Shown here: piece after piece, positions 1-13,475 of the stretch | Numbering within the stretch: the first letter of the stretch is position 1 | How the letters are laid out: each line of letters begins with the position of its first letter | Assembly (NCBI RefSeq): GCF_009914755.1 | Contig: NC_060927.1 | Direction: 5' to 3' (one strand) | DNA length: 64,000 nt | Source: the human T2T-CHM13v2.0 reference genome, Homo sapiens | Position numbers and translations under genes: made by a program | The notes under the pieces: generated by a model | What the model was told of the DNA's origin: nothing | Seen by the model: only the letters and a program-made list of their open reading frames with translations | Databases searched by the model: none

Positions 1-269
1 AGAAAGAACCATGTCTTTCTTTCTATGAACTTGCATACAAGCTATACATTTTTAAAAATATTGACTTCTCAATCTTCTCAATAAAATAGCATCAATGAGT
101 TTGTGTCCAGAAGTATAAAATAGGCAAAAAAGAAAAATATACCTAATTTTTAAAAATTACATCATCATCAATTAACTATTGTAATCAACTTGCCCTTATG
201 TACATTTTATAGTTTTGTTTTATTATGTGCTTGCAAATTCAGCATCTTTTTTTTATCTTCAGGGTATCT

Positions 270-390
270 CACTGAGGTAGGTGTCATTATCCTCATTTAT
301 AGAAAGCCTGAAGTAAGGCTCAGAGAGGCTAAGAAAATGATCCAAGGTATTAGTGACAGAAGTTTTAGAACCCGTTCTGATCCCTTTATA
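270..390 (-). mobile_element. MIR fragment
   Basis: Resembles the reverse complement of the MIR core (attatcctcattt...aggctcagagaggctaag). Confidence 0.65.
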
Positions 391-1254
391 CCTCAGCATT
401 TCTTCATTAAAGAGCTGTAATATTTTTGAACTAAAAAATTTAATTTTAAGCCAAGGAGAGAACAACAAAAGTTATCTCATGATAGAAGATTCAGATTTAC
501 AATGCAGTGTACAAAATCATTTTAGTTTCTTCTACTCATAGATGATGAGCAGTGAGTCGCCACTTGTCACCTTATCTAGCTCAAGCCAGAATGGAAAATC
601 AATCAAGACAGACAGCTTTAAAAGGAGGAGTGAATTATTAGCGCTACATAGCAGTTCATGGTGCATATCTCCCCAAGGCCAGAAGGCTGGCATAGCTGAA
701 GATGAGTGTCTGTCTTGTGTCTGAGGGAGGAGACAGCATTCCACTCTGCACTTTCACTCAGCTTTTGGCTTTCAGTGCCAACTATTAAGGAGGTTCCACC
801 ATTACTGTAGGGGTTATAAAGACACTGCAAATGCCCAATTTAAAACCAGGCTTCTTGTGTTCGAACAAATCGTCTTGTGAGGTTTACTAAAAAGGTTATA
901 TTAAGTCTGAAAAGAAAGAAAAGTTTGCTATTAATTTACAGAGTGGTTACTCTTGTTAGGGACTCTGCATGGAAGGCTGAGATAGAGCAAGCCGTAGCTC
1001 CTCCAAGAGTTTGCAATTAAAAGGAGAAAGGAGAACAAATTACTCTTTGCCAGGCATTATACATTGACTTATGCCAGATGTATGTAAAGAGGACTGAAGG
1101 GGGCCATTTGCAAGGGGAAAGTCTGACTATGGCTTAAAGATGAGGCAATATGGGAGAGAGTGTTCTGGGCAGAGGGATCGTCCTCAATAAAGTCCAAATG
1201 CATAAAGTGGCAGCAGCAGTGGCAGCCATGCTGTGTGGCACATATTGGGTTCTT

Positions 1255-1466
1255 CCCATGCACCAGCCACTATTCTGTGTACTTAATATGTATTAGCTCA
1301 TTTAATTATACAACTGTATGTGATAGACATCATTAGGCTCCTTTTACAGATAAGCAAACTGAGGTACAGATATTTTAAATAATTTTCTCTAAGTCACACA
1401 GTTGATAAGTAGAGGATCTTGGAGATAAGCCCAGGCCATTTGGGCCCAGAGATCATGCTCTAACCA
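1255..1466 (-). mobile_element. MIR SINE
   Basis: ttttacagataagcaaactgaggtacaga...aagtcacacag is the antisense MIR core. Confidence 0.8.
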
Positions 1467-1539
1467 ATGGACTACCTCCCAGTGGTAGGTAAATACATGG
1501 TGTGTTTGTGGAAGGTCTGTTTTCCAGTACAGCTAAACC

Positions 1540-1730
1540 ACAGGCCTTTTCAACCATGGCACTACTGACATGTGGGCCTGGACAATTCTTGTTGCAGTGG
1601 GCTGTCCTCTGCATCTGAGGATGTTTAGCAACATCTTTGACTTCCACCCCAATGCTGACCATCAAAGACATCGCCAGAAATTGCCTAATGTTTTCTGAGG
1701 GCACAATTACTCTCAGTTAAGTACCCCCGG
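1540..1730 (-). mobile_element. MER20 (hAT-Charlie DNA transposon)
   Basis: ggcactactgacat...gggctgtcctctgcat...gatgtttagcaacatc matches the MER20 reverse complement. Confidence 0.8.
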
Positions 1731-2794
1731 GCTACTACATGATGGGTAAGCCTGGAGAAGAGCAGAAAAAACAACTAGAACTTAGCTGTGAATATTCCCA
1801 AATTCTCTTCTGAAAGCTATGGGAATGTACTCTATATAGAGAAAGATGTCAATTGAGGTTTTACAACTGAGGAGTAGCAGAAAAGATAATATGCAGAAAC
1901 ACTGGGGCGGGAAGTATTGTCAGAGACCCTACATGCTTTCGGCATCTTAGCTTAGGAACAGGATATATCTGCAGACTTTATAAAAATCTATGCTCAAAAA
2001 TCTCAAAGCTACAGATGGCAAAGGGTAATCTCTCAGAACAGTGCAAAAGTTGACCTTAGTGGTCTCTGGGTTACAGTCAATCCTGACCTGAAAGTTCAAA
2101 ACTCAAAGTTTGATTTCAGGTAAGAAAGATTCTACATCTAGGGAAAAACTGACTACCTAGTTTTCTGAAAAAGCTCTGTCATCAGACCCCAGGTCACCTG
2201 TAAATGTGAACATAATTACATAAACTTTAGAGAGGACATCTCTACAGGAATATTTACTAGACAGTTGGTGACAATGGGAAAAAATAGAAGTATTCTTCCT
2301 TCAACTCTCTACATACACATTTCAAACCAGGGGATATGTATTTAGAGTAGTTCTTATAATCAGGAAAGGAAAAGCCTATGTACTTTCTAAATTCTATAAC
2401 AAACAAGTTACTTTTATGAAACAATTTTTTAAATTTGAAAATGTATGGTTCGAATGGATCTAATTTGAACTGCACCTCTGTTGGTGAGTAGACAACACTG
2501 ATCTAATCATAAAATTCATCCATTTTCAAAAATTAGCGAATTTTTTTTCTTTTCTGCTACTTATTTTGGCTCCTACTGGGTTTTTTTTATCATGTCATTG
2601 GGAAGGATTACAAAGAATTATTTTCTTAGCCCTCTTTATAAGACTGCTATGAGCATTTTGAATCTAGTGCAGTTCCAAGCTTCTAACCAACTTTATAGTT
2701 TTGAAGATACAAGTTTTTCTTTAAAAAAATAACCTGATTGCCTAACAAAAGTTATCTGATCCCAGAAGAAGTGAGGCATCTTTGACTGGAGAGC

Positions 2795-2995
2795 CAGTCT
2801 AGGGTCAGAGTTACAGGCTCTGGAGTTGGACCTGGCATAACTCTGAAACAAACATCTTCCCATCTAAGCTGCCTCGTCTGTCAACACAGGGATACAGTAC
2901 CCTCTGTAAGCAAGTTATTTCAAGACTGGGTGAGATGGCACAAGCTAACGTCCCAGGATGTGATCTGATACATAGCTGATACTCAGAAATTGGTG
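2795..2995 (+). mobile_element. MIR, degenerate
   Basis: ggctctggag...ctgcctcgtctgtcaa...gggatacagtacc follows the MIR sense layout. Confidence 0.55.
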
Positions 2996-4072
2996 TCCCT
3001 TCTCAACTAGCATTTAGCAGAATCATCTAGGACTTTTGGGAGATCAGATCTCCTTTGGAACCTCTCAGAAATTTCTTCTGTATTCAGATAAGACAACAAC
3101 CTGCTTTCAACAAGGGCACATCCCCGCGACTCAGTAGATGTCCCTGAACTCAAGTCAGAAACCTGCCTCCCTCTCCCAACAACACATCTCTCTGGTCTCA
3201 ATGACAGCCAGAAGGACAGTGGAAGCTGGAATTGTAGGATCCAAGCATCTCAGCATCAGCAGTTCTCCTGGGAACGCCACCAAGCTCTTAGCTTGCATTG
3301 TAGTAAAGAAAATACATAACAGAGAAAACTGTCTTCAACAGCTTTGTTTTAAAAAAGATACTCAAATAGAGTGCCTCAGTCTAGATCGGTCATTCTGCTA
3401 AGGATTTGAAATCTCAAACAGCTGGAGATTTTTTCAAGCTTGACAGTTTGTCTTTGAAGGAGATTGCTAAGCTTTTAGATTCTTCATAAATAGTAAATAG
3501 ATTTTGTCATAAATATCCTGTAATATGTGCTTTGTTCCCTTTATTCAGAAGCAAGTTGTAATTTCTGATTAAACACAATAAATCATTATACAACAGCCAT
3601 TGTATGGGGATAACAGCCACCAGGAAATGCAGTTTCTGCACTGATGAAAGGCATTGAAAGACATGAAACCCCAAACATCTGCCACGCATTGTTAGGGAAA
3701 AAAAGGACACTTACAAGTATCTTGCGGCATTTTAAGGACAGCCAGCAGCTGGCAGGAATGTAAATAGTTTTAAGAGGTAAGAAAGAAATTCAGATCATAG
3801 GATTAGGTGATCAGTCCTCATCTCACAGGTCATTCTTTCCTTCCCTTCATAAGTGAAAAGCTTTCTTCTTCAAGACAGTTGTTAACAGAAAGCAAGCATC
3901 CAGAAGGTGGAATCAATAAAATCCTATGAGGGCAGTGAAAAATGAAGCCCTTTTTACCCTTTCCCCCAGGGGAACAGATGCATGAAATTGTTTAGAATAT
4001 TTGGAGACTGCCGATATATGATGTGGAATTGGCACCGCCAGCATCCTGAGACATGCTTGGGATTGGGCATGA

Positions 4073-4525
<453 letters not shown>

Positions 4526-5140
4526 TGCCTTTATTTCAAGTCATCCCTTCAGGCCTCAGTAAGAATTGAAGGAGGGTAATTAAACGGGTGGTAGGATGGT
4601 AGGAGCTTCACTCAGAAAACTCCCTGTGGATGGTCAGTTCACAGGGATTCCTAAGAGAAGATGTTCTTCACTAGAGATTTGGAAACTGAACACTAAGTTC
4701 AACAGAACACAGTATCCTTCATGCATTGAAAGCCTGCTAATCACTGATGATCTTCAATTAGACATTTTTAGACACTAAGCTCCATGACAGTGGGAACCGT
4801 TGTTTCCTCTTTGCCATTGCATCTTCGTCACCAAGCCTATGGTAGATAGGCAATCCATTTTTTACACTATCATATAAAATACAATGGAGTTTCAATGCAT
4901 GCATTTTCAGCTAACATGCATTGGACCACATGAAGTCTATATAGAAGAAAAGGGAGGGAGCAGGGAAGGAAGTAAAGAAAAAAATTCTTCTTCCTACTTT
5001 CCTTCTTCAACCTAGAGGCAGGCCCCCACTTCAGAAGGAAAAATGAAGCCTCAACAAAACTGCAAAGAGAAACTGAGTAAATAATTGTGGGCTCTTCAGC
5101 TACTGAAGTCTCAGGCCTTAGTGATTAATGAATAATTTAA

Positions 5141-5297
5141 GGCAATGCTTCTCAAATTTTAATGTCCATACCATCACCCAAGAATCTTGTTAGACTGTGG
5201 GTGTAGATTCAGTAAGTTGTGGAGACTCCACATTTTTCACAGTCTCCTGGGTGATGCCCATGTTGCTGGTCTTTGGAGCACAGTCTGGATAATGTAG
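5141..5297. mobile_element. MER5-family hAT transposon
   Basis: caatgcttctcaaattttaatg...agattcagtaag...ggtgatgcccatgttgctggtc. Confidence 0.7.
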
Positions 5298-5904
5298 ATT
5301 TAAAGGATTCTGAAAGAAAATTTTGACTATGTACAACCTTTGCCATGCATGCTGATTTAAAAACCTAACCCCTATGGCAGATATGAGTCCACTAGTCATA
5401 AACATTTTAATCTGGCTTCAAAGAGCCATTATATAACTACACTAAAATTTAAATATGAAAACTTGATGCAATTCAATTGGCTATTGTTATCTAAAGGTGT
5501 TTCTGTCTTAGAAAACAAAATATACTGCAAGTTATAATTTCACTTAAAAGATGCTTTAAGTTATTCTTATAAGTACAATGATTTGAAACACTTAAACACA
5601 TAAATAATAAAATATTCAAACTCCATTTGCACTGTCATATATACTGATCCTAATTACAGGCTACAGATTTTCATCTAATTGCGAACAGTAAGTCAGCTCT
5701 TGAATAATTAGGAAGAGGATGGGATGCAACTTATTGGAACAGTCTCAGAGTACAAAAACACTTTTTTCAAATGTCACTATGACATTTTAAAAAATACACT
5801 GAAATACAGAGGAGATAGTCATAACAAAAACTAATGAAAAAATTAATCCAACATTAGGATCTAGTAGCAAGATGATCACTAGCTAAAATATGGATATTCT
5901 ATCT

Positions 5905-6272
5905 CTATGGTTCTCAGTACTGACTGCTCATCTGAATCACTTGGACACCTTTTAACATACACCCGTGCCTGGGATCTGTCACCCAGGATTCTATGTAATT
6001 GGTTTAGGGTAAGTTTCCATATAGCTATAAGTTTAAATATCTCCCCAGGTGAATCTAATGTCAGCTAGAACTGAGAAGCATTGCTGCAATGTAGCATTGC
6101 TCTAATGTTCTCCACTCTGATCTTAGGACCAGAAGCATCGGCAATGTCTAGAAACTTATTAATAATGCAAATTTTGGGACCCCACTCCAGACCTGCTGAA
6201 TCAGAAACTCTGGGGTTTAGATCCATTAATCTGTGTTTTAACAATCCCCCCAAGTAAGTCCGATGCATGCTA
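5905..6272. mobile_element. Two adjacent MER5 elements (MER5B-like, then MER5A-like)
   Basis: ccccaggtgaatctaatg...ctgagaagcattg, and gaccccactccagacctgctgaatcagaaactctggggt. Confidence 0.8.
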
Positions 6273-6589
6273 CTGTAAGTTCTTTCTTAAGAAAGACAAG
6301 GGTGCTCATCGATGTTCTTACTAAAAAATTCTTATGAGGGTTCATTGAAAGATTTCACATTAAGACTTTTTTTTTTTAATCTGGTGGATGGCCTACACCC
6401 TGGGCTGTGGTGTTTATTCTAGAGATGGCTCTGCCACTTCCAATCCGGGAGTTTCAGCTATACAGGGGATCTTAGGGTTATTAAAGATTTTATTTTAATT
6501 GTGCCAATCTAAAAATGTGATCTTCCATAATATGCTTGAATACTTCTAGTGATAGGGAAACTACTACCATCTGGCCCAGTCTTTCCCAT

Positions 6590-6790
6590 TTGCTTACTAG
6601 GCATAGGTGCTATACTGAGCATTTTACAAAGATAATTCATTCATGCTTGACAATTATCCTTGAGCTAGGTGTTATAATATACATTTGATACCTGCAGAAA
6701 TGGAGGCTTAGAGAGACTGTGTAAGTTACTAAGTTCACATGGCTTTTCATAAAGCTTGCACCAAGTTCTGTATCTTGAGGCCACATACAA
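6590..6790 (-). mobile_element. MIR
   Basis: gcagaaatggaggcttagagag...aagttcacatggc. Confidence 0.65.
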
Positions 6791-8489
6791 AATTCATTTT
6801 CAAAAATGATTACCTATAAGCTGTTGTCAGAATGAAACTGTCCCTTCATACTATCTTGTCTCCAAAATAAGAAGCCCTTGTTCCTTGCAGCCAATTTCTA
6901 AACCCATCCATCATTTCTGCTGGGTTCCATTGACCAGCACACAAAATAGACTTAATAGATTGTCCATTCTATGCATCCATTCAAACAGTGATTTTTCATG
7001 TCTTAGTGCATATAAAACAAGATAACATTGGTAAAGCACACTGGGTAAACTGGAGAGGATTTAGGGAAATGTATGTAAAGCTTGCTGAAAAAAATCACTT
7101 GTTATTTAAGTATGATTACTAAATTCAAAAGTTTTAAAGCGGTTGAATGTTTATTTTGTATCAAACTTCAAAACCTAGTATTTTCAACGTTTTAAAATAA
7201 AACTCAGGCTTGCTTTCATGAACAGCTATTTCACATCAATTTATATGCATAAAAGAGTTATAAAAAAATTCCTGGTCAAGACTTTTTGATGATACTCTCT
7301 TCAAATTCTTTATAGAGAACATAAATGAAAAACACTGAGTGAATGATAAAAAGTTTGAGAGTATTTTTTTCTATAATTCAGAAATGTGTAACAGTTGAAT
7401 TTATATTTGAACAATCCAATAGCTTCTCTTTTATTGAAAAAAATGTAATATTAAAATGTCTTTTGATAATATGAATTAATTTTTAATCCTATCCAAGCTT
7501 TAAGTTTTTAAAATAACGATATTTTAATTTGTTGAATACACTGCACTGTTGTCATGCAGCTAGCCAGGATGCTACCAAAAGGGTACATCAGTTACAATAG
7601 AAAGAAGTATTCAATATATACGTGAACACAAATATATGGACTGGCAGCTGGACCTAGACCTGCCAGAATGCCCATCCAGCCATCTTTCCCTGATGTCCCC
7701 AAATGCCTGGCTCTCTGGGCATATCCTGGAGCTCCACAGGGCTCTTGTCCACCCTGGGCAGTGGAACATATGTACTGAACCTCATGTTCAGGTGGATAGA
7801 GAACCTCCTTGGCCATGCTTTACGGCAGAATGGCAAGAGCTGGATATCATTAATTGTTCGCTTAACTATAGAAAACCTGGGACAAATCACCAGTTCCTTC
7901 TCTGTTCGAGAAGCCTTCAAGACTCCAGACAAGGCTTGTGCTGGCTAGACATGATAAGCAAGATTACCCCCCAGGTCTTGACTTGCTGTGCCAAGGTCTA
8001 GAGGGTGATCCCTCTAGAGTATCTCATATACTCTACACATTTCTGAAGCCCTGAAGCCCAAAATAGCTTCACCTTGGCCAACTCTCCTACCCATGTCATC
8101 CTTGAATGTGAAGGCCTTTTTGAAAGAAACGTTCAGGACAAATCAACCAGGGCACAAAACATCTGAAAGAACTTCTTAGATACAAATGATTATTCTGGGT
8201 GGCAATGTTTACTCTACAATTACTCATTCGAATTAAAATTTCAGAGTGGCAGCTGCTAGCATCCTACCCCACAATCATTATCTAAACAAAGTCCAGTCTG
8301 AAGCCTACCTGCATCAAAATGGCATGAGGTCATTGTGAAAAGTGCAGGACTATGGATCCACCCAAATCCAAACCACTCATTCCAGCTAGGGACACAGGTT
8401 ACCAATTGATAACAAATACAAAACTGCAACTGTGAAAAACCTCTGAATAAGAAGTAGAGGGAATTATGAAACAAAGCTACAGAGATCAA

Positions 8490-9000
8490 AAGCAGCTTTC
8501 TTAAAGGTTTGTGTGAACAATGTGTAGGCATTAATAAACACAAAATGGATGGGAAAGCTAGGCAAAGAGAACTTGTGCAATGGCCATGCTTTGGGAGTAT
8601 GGTAAATGTAAAAGATCGAAGAAAGGCCAGTGTGACTAGAGATAAGAGAGCCTCAGGAAGTGTGGTTCAAGAAAAAGCCTGGGAAATTAATATACATCAA
8701 GTGGCACCAATATTTGCAGACCAGTTCAGGAATGTTTTGACTTTATTCTAAGAGCATTGGGAGGACATTTAAGAGTTTTAATCACAGAAGGTAAGAAGAT
8801 AAAGAGTACCATGATCTAAATTATGTATCTAAAATAAATCACTCTAGCTGCCACATGGAACAATTCAGCTTGGAAATATTTCATAAGTTGAGGTATCAAT
8901 GTTGGCTTTGAGTACAGAGGTGGTGGTAGAGCAGGAAAGAAGTGGAAGGAGACAATGTATCAGAGGTAAAAACAACAACACTGGAGATGAATTAACTTTC
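8490..9000 (-). mobile_element. L2 LINE fragments
   Basis: gactttattctaagagcattgggagg...agagttttaa...catgatc...aatcactctagctgc is typical antisense L2. Confidence 0.6.
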
Positions 9001-9289
9001 AATTCCACTTCACCACCCATAATAAATCCCACTGACTTGAACTTCAGAGCTTACCTACATACTCAGATTGACTTCTATAGCCCTAGACATAGAAAAAACA
9101 AGTAGGTTGATTGCATCTTTATAGAGCCATATTGCCCAAATTCACTTGATTGTATTTTTGATCACTTATCCATACTATGGAGTAGAGTGAAATTTCTCCA
9201 ATACACAAGGCCAATTATTTTGAGATCTTTACAAAGATATCTCTATCTGTCTATATATTATATGTATGACCCTATGCAGAATGTTGTAG

Positions 9290-9903
9290 TTTGTATGTGT
9301 GTGAAGAATTTAGGCAAGCTGCAAACTTTAAAAGGAACACTCCCTAAGACCATCCCCAACTGCAAGTTTGGGGAGAAGATTTTTCGAAACTACCCTAAGT
9401 TTTGGTAATTTGCTTAGAAGGACTCCGAAAATTCAATGAAAGCTGTTATACTAACAATACAATTTACTACAGGGAAAGGATATAGATTAAAATCTACCAA
9501 GGGAAGTGCATGGGACAGGGTCCAAGCGAAGTGTCAAATGTGGAGTCCTGTCCACATGCAGTCATAGACATGTTACTTTCCTGTATCTTTGTGTGACAAT
9601 ATGCAGAGTATTGCTAATCAGGGAAGCTCACTGGGCCTCAGTGTTCTGAATGTTTACTGGTGCTCCATTATGTTTGCATGACTGATTAATTGCCTATGTG
9701 GTTGAACTCAGTCTTTAGTTTGACTGACACCATGTGACCCAAAGCCTCTGCCATAACTCACAATGTGGTATTTTTTGCATGACCAACCACCACCCTAAAT
9801 CGCATGGTCACTATCTGGCTAGGAGGAGGCACCCAGACCAGCAAAGATCGTCTCCAAGGAGCCAGACCTCTCTTTGGGAAAGGTTAAATTCTTTATGTAT
9901 AAT
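9290..9903. mobile_element. MER21-like LTR
   Basis: aaagctgttatact...acagggaaaggatatagattaaaatc...cagggaagctcactgggcctcagtgt...gacctctctttgggaaaggttaaattcttt. Confidence 0.75.
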
Positions 9904-10244
9904 ATACCAGTAACATCAAAAATAAATGATTTATGTGACTAGTAGTGGAAATGAAGTTAAAAATCAATACTGCATGGAAATGAGAGTATAAGCTTATAGA
10001 AAAATATGCTACTTTTCTCATAATAAGCAGCTTAAATTAACTGAGGTTACATTCTACCTTGCGCAGAAGTAAGTTTTGCACCGCTTAGATAGAAAACGGC
10101 TTTCTCTATCTTTCCTCCCTTGCTAGCTTCAAAAATCCTACTTCCTGTGACCAACTAGGAGAAAAATGCATTTCTTGAGAAGACTGACAAAAAAGGAAGT
10201 TGGGCTACATTTCAGCATTTTAACCTTTCTCCATAGTCTGAGTT

Positions 10245-10500
10245 TCTTGGTTTAGTCATTTCTTGCCCACTGAGTCAGTTAATGGGCCAGATTCTAAGGC
10301 CTTCCCTTCCTGTATCTGAGGAAAAGTCACAAGGGAACTGAGAGGCAGGATGATTTCCTGTTTAGCATGACTGCCCACGTGTGCTTTGCCATTAATTACA
10401 ATCGGGCAGTTTCCATGGAGGCCGCCACTTGAATAATGCTTAAGTGACAGCACAATCACCAAGAGCACCATGTTAAGTGGGCACAGTCATTGGCCTGGCA
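10245..10500. promoter_or_regulatory. Candidate intronic enhancer
   Basis: Non-repeat block with AP-1 TGAGTCA (10271), ETS-like TTCCTG, E-box CACGTG (10376) and homeobox TAATTA (10393). Motif evidence only. Confidence 0.35.
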
Positions 10501-11299
10501 TCTATTTTTTTTAATAATTAAACCATTTATTTTAAAGGAAAATGAAAATACTATTTACAAAACACCAGAAGATGGTGGAGCCTTTAGGATCACCAGAAAT
10601 TTCCAAAATCTCTTAGGCCAGATGCCTCCAAAACAGCCCCAGGAACTAGTCTACTACTCGCTGTCTCTGCCACAAAAATTCCAAGCTCCCTTTGTCTTTT
10701 CTTTAACTATGGCCTCTCTGGCCAAGCCAGAACCATTGCACATGTCTACTTACTGTGCTGTATGCTCATAGTTTGCCCCATTTGCCATTTAACTTCATTC
10801 TTATCAGAGTTCACTTTTGTGGTACCACAATAGAACATATTGCTGTGAAGCTTTCAATTTTTTTTTTTTTTTTTTTTTTTTACTTCCCATGCCCTATAAA
10901 GCAAGCCTTTTTTTAACTTCCAAACTCAGAGACTGAATTTTGAGTGCTTATAAAATTGGGAATATCATGGAACACTCATCTTGGTTAATTTCCTATAATT
11001 ATAGGATTTTACAGGATATAAACTGGTTTCTGTCATTTTATTTGCCTCTCCAAATCTTTTTTTTTTCTCTTTTTACTTTCAAACCTTCAGTCCCAACACC
11101 ATCTAGCTAGGTTTTGGCTTTGTGAGGTTTTTGTCTCATTTATTTTATTTTTGAACACGTGCTTTCATGTACTTTGTTATATAGAGTAAAGCCTAGTTTC
11201 CTTAAAAATATGAGTTGATGTAAGGTTAATATACAGAAAACAATCATCAAATAATAGTATAGAAAAGCAAACATGGCAAAAAAAAAAAATCACAAATGT

Positions 11300-11450
11300 G
11301 GTAGACTGGGCGGTTGCACAGAAAGCACAGAGTGCTGTAGGCACAAGAAGAAAAGTCCTCATTCTGCCTAAGGCAGTCAGAGGAGGCTTCCTGAGAGAGG
11401 TGACGTCTGATCCATGTCTTGAAGTGATCGGGGGTTGCCAGAGAGGAAGG
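11300..11450 (-). mobile_element. L2 fragment
   Basis: gtcagaggaggcttcctgagagaggtgacgtctga. Confidence 0.6.
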
Positions 11451-12273
11451 TCATGGTCTGTTGGACAACATAAAGTATAAGGTGCATTTAACTTTATACA
11501 GGTACAGGGACAGGAAGGTAATAGGGTTTGAAGAGCGAGCCTAAACTTTCATTCATAAGAGCAAAGGAGTTTTCCAGGAAGAGGGACAGAAAGAGTTTGA
11601 AGGCAGTAGTAGAGGTTGGAAACCAGTCACTCGTAATAGCATGACATCCCAACATCCTACGGTTGATCTTCCCTAGCTCTCCCAGCAGCCGGGTAGGATC
11701 CCAGGGAAGTACCTCCGATGAGATGTGAGTTGGCTTGGGGTTAGGGTGGAATTTCTTTATCAGAAAAAATAAATGTAATTTATACATAAATATAAACAAA
11801 TATAAAAATAGAAATATAGAATATATGTATTATATATAATTTAAAAATTGTGTGTATGCACACACAACTGAGACTTTGAAGACTAGAAAAGTGGAATTGA
11901 AAGTCAATTCAATCACCAGGTCTTGTTGCTTTTACCCGATACATTGTTTATCTCCTACCACTTCCTTCCACCACCTCTGTAGTCAAAGTCAACATCCATC
12001 CTCTGAAAAAATCTCAACTTTTTTGTGGTTGTCCTATTTCACTTATTGAACCCATCTTCAGCAAGCGGTCCCTAAGTATTAGACAGGATAGTATCCATGA
12101 TAAATCCTTACTCATGTGGCATTTATGTTTTAGTCAAAATTAAACAATGTATAAACAAATATAAGAATATAATTCTATAAAATATGTTACATATAATTTT
12201 AAAATTGTGTGTATGCATGCATGTATTTCTTGTTTACAAACTTTGATAGAAAAATGGCATAGTTTGGAACAGA

Positions 12274-12467
12274 GAGTTTGGGTCAATATATTCTACACAG
12301 TGAAGGAAAGAGCCCAGCATCTTCTGGTTTGTGAAGTTTACTGGGGCAGGACTAATGCCCCAACTTTGCTCCACTCTGTCATTTCTTAGGTAGAAGCTGA
12401 GAAATGAGTGTCAGTGGAGACAGACAATCAGGCTGTATTTTCAGAATACAGAAAGTGGAGCCTCAGA
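12274..12467 (+). repeat. Inverted repeat, left arm (pairs with 13476-13668)
   Basis: Manual alignment: 12274-12446 vs the reverse complement of 13496-13668 shows 4 mismatches in 173 bp; homology continues with small indels to agtggagcctcaga. Confidence 0.95.
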
Positions 12468-13475
12468 GAGTGAGGGGATGTGGGTGGCTCAGTGGGCTCC
12501 TCCTCTCTGTGTCAACCACAAGTTCCCCATCATTCGTTGTATATTTTGGGTTTCCCAGTAGGACTCATTTGAGTAAGATTTCCAAACAAGTGTGAAGATT
12601 TCTGCTTTCAATAAGCAGTTCAGTGTTCTCAAACTCAAGGAAAAATAAACACAGCCCAAAACTCCTTGCATTGGTTTGGAAGAACTTGTGTTTCTGGAGT
12701 TGGGGAGCAGAGAATGTGCCCGATTATTTCTAGACTCCTTATCTCCATTACAGGAAGCTGCCTTCCACAGAAGACAATGAGTGCCAGTGGAGACAGATGA
12801 TTAGGCTACCCAGGTCCACCTTTCATTCCCCATACGTCAGCCTTGGAATGCACATTAGGCGCCCTCCTGACCCAAGCTCCCTTTTTTCCTGTGACTTGTG
12901 GTTGCTCCAAGAATTCGGACAGGTCATGGGTGGGACTTCTGGAATCTGAATGCTGCCCCACTTCTTGGGATTATAAATATAGTACATAAGTACTATGCAT
13001 AAGTATGTATATTATGTGTGTATATATTATTATATATAAACAATACTATAAAAGGTATACTGTTCTTAATAGTATAAGAATTATACTATTGCTTTCATTT
13101 TAACTTGGGTTTATATTTTTAAAGACTTACATATCTCTTCAAAAAGTACATTAGATATCTGTAATCAGACTCATTATGAAGGCAAAAGAATGCGTAATGC
13201 AAAAGATCTGAAGCTATTTTCCTTAAAAACAAAACCCCAAAAACCTCAACATGAAAATGCCACGGGACCTGTTTTTGCTGTAGCAAAAGATTTTGCACAA
13301 AGTGCAGCCCTGTCACTCACAAACACAGTAATCGCTGGAGATTACCAGTCATTTTCATTATAGGTAATTTCAGGGTGCCTTGTTTTGCCTTGTCACTCAC
13401 ATTCCTGGAACCTTGCCAGATGGTGTAAAAGGAGCATATCAGGAAACCAACCTGAGCCCCATACCAGAGGATAAA

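Noticed and set aside
7560-8000. Overlapping ORFs as an exon or processed pseudogene
   Set aside because: No recognisable protein similarity, convincing splice-site pair, poly-A or TSD.
12310-12430. Inverted-repeat arm as an H/ACA snoRNA (two hairpins plus ACA)
   Set aside because: There is no ANANNA H box between the hairpins, and the hairpins are shorter than typical.
13068-13090. Perfect 10 bp-stem AT hairpin (aatagtataa-gaa-ttatactatt) in the spacer
   Set aside because: Lies in AT-rich low-complexity DNA where such hairpins arise by chance, and is not at the symmetry centre.
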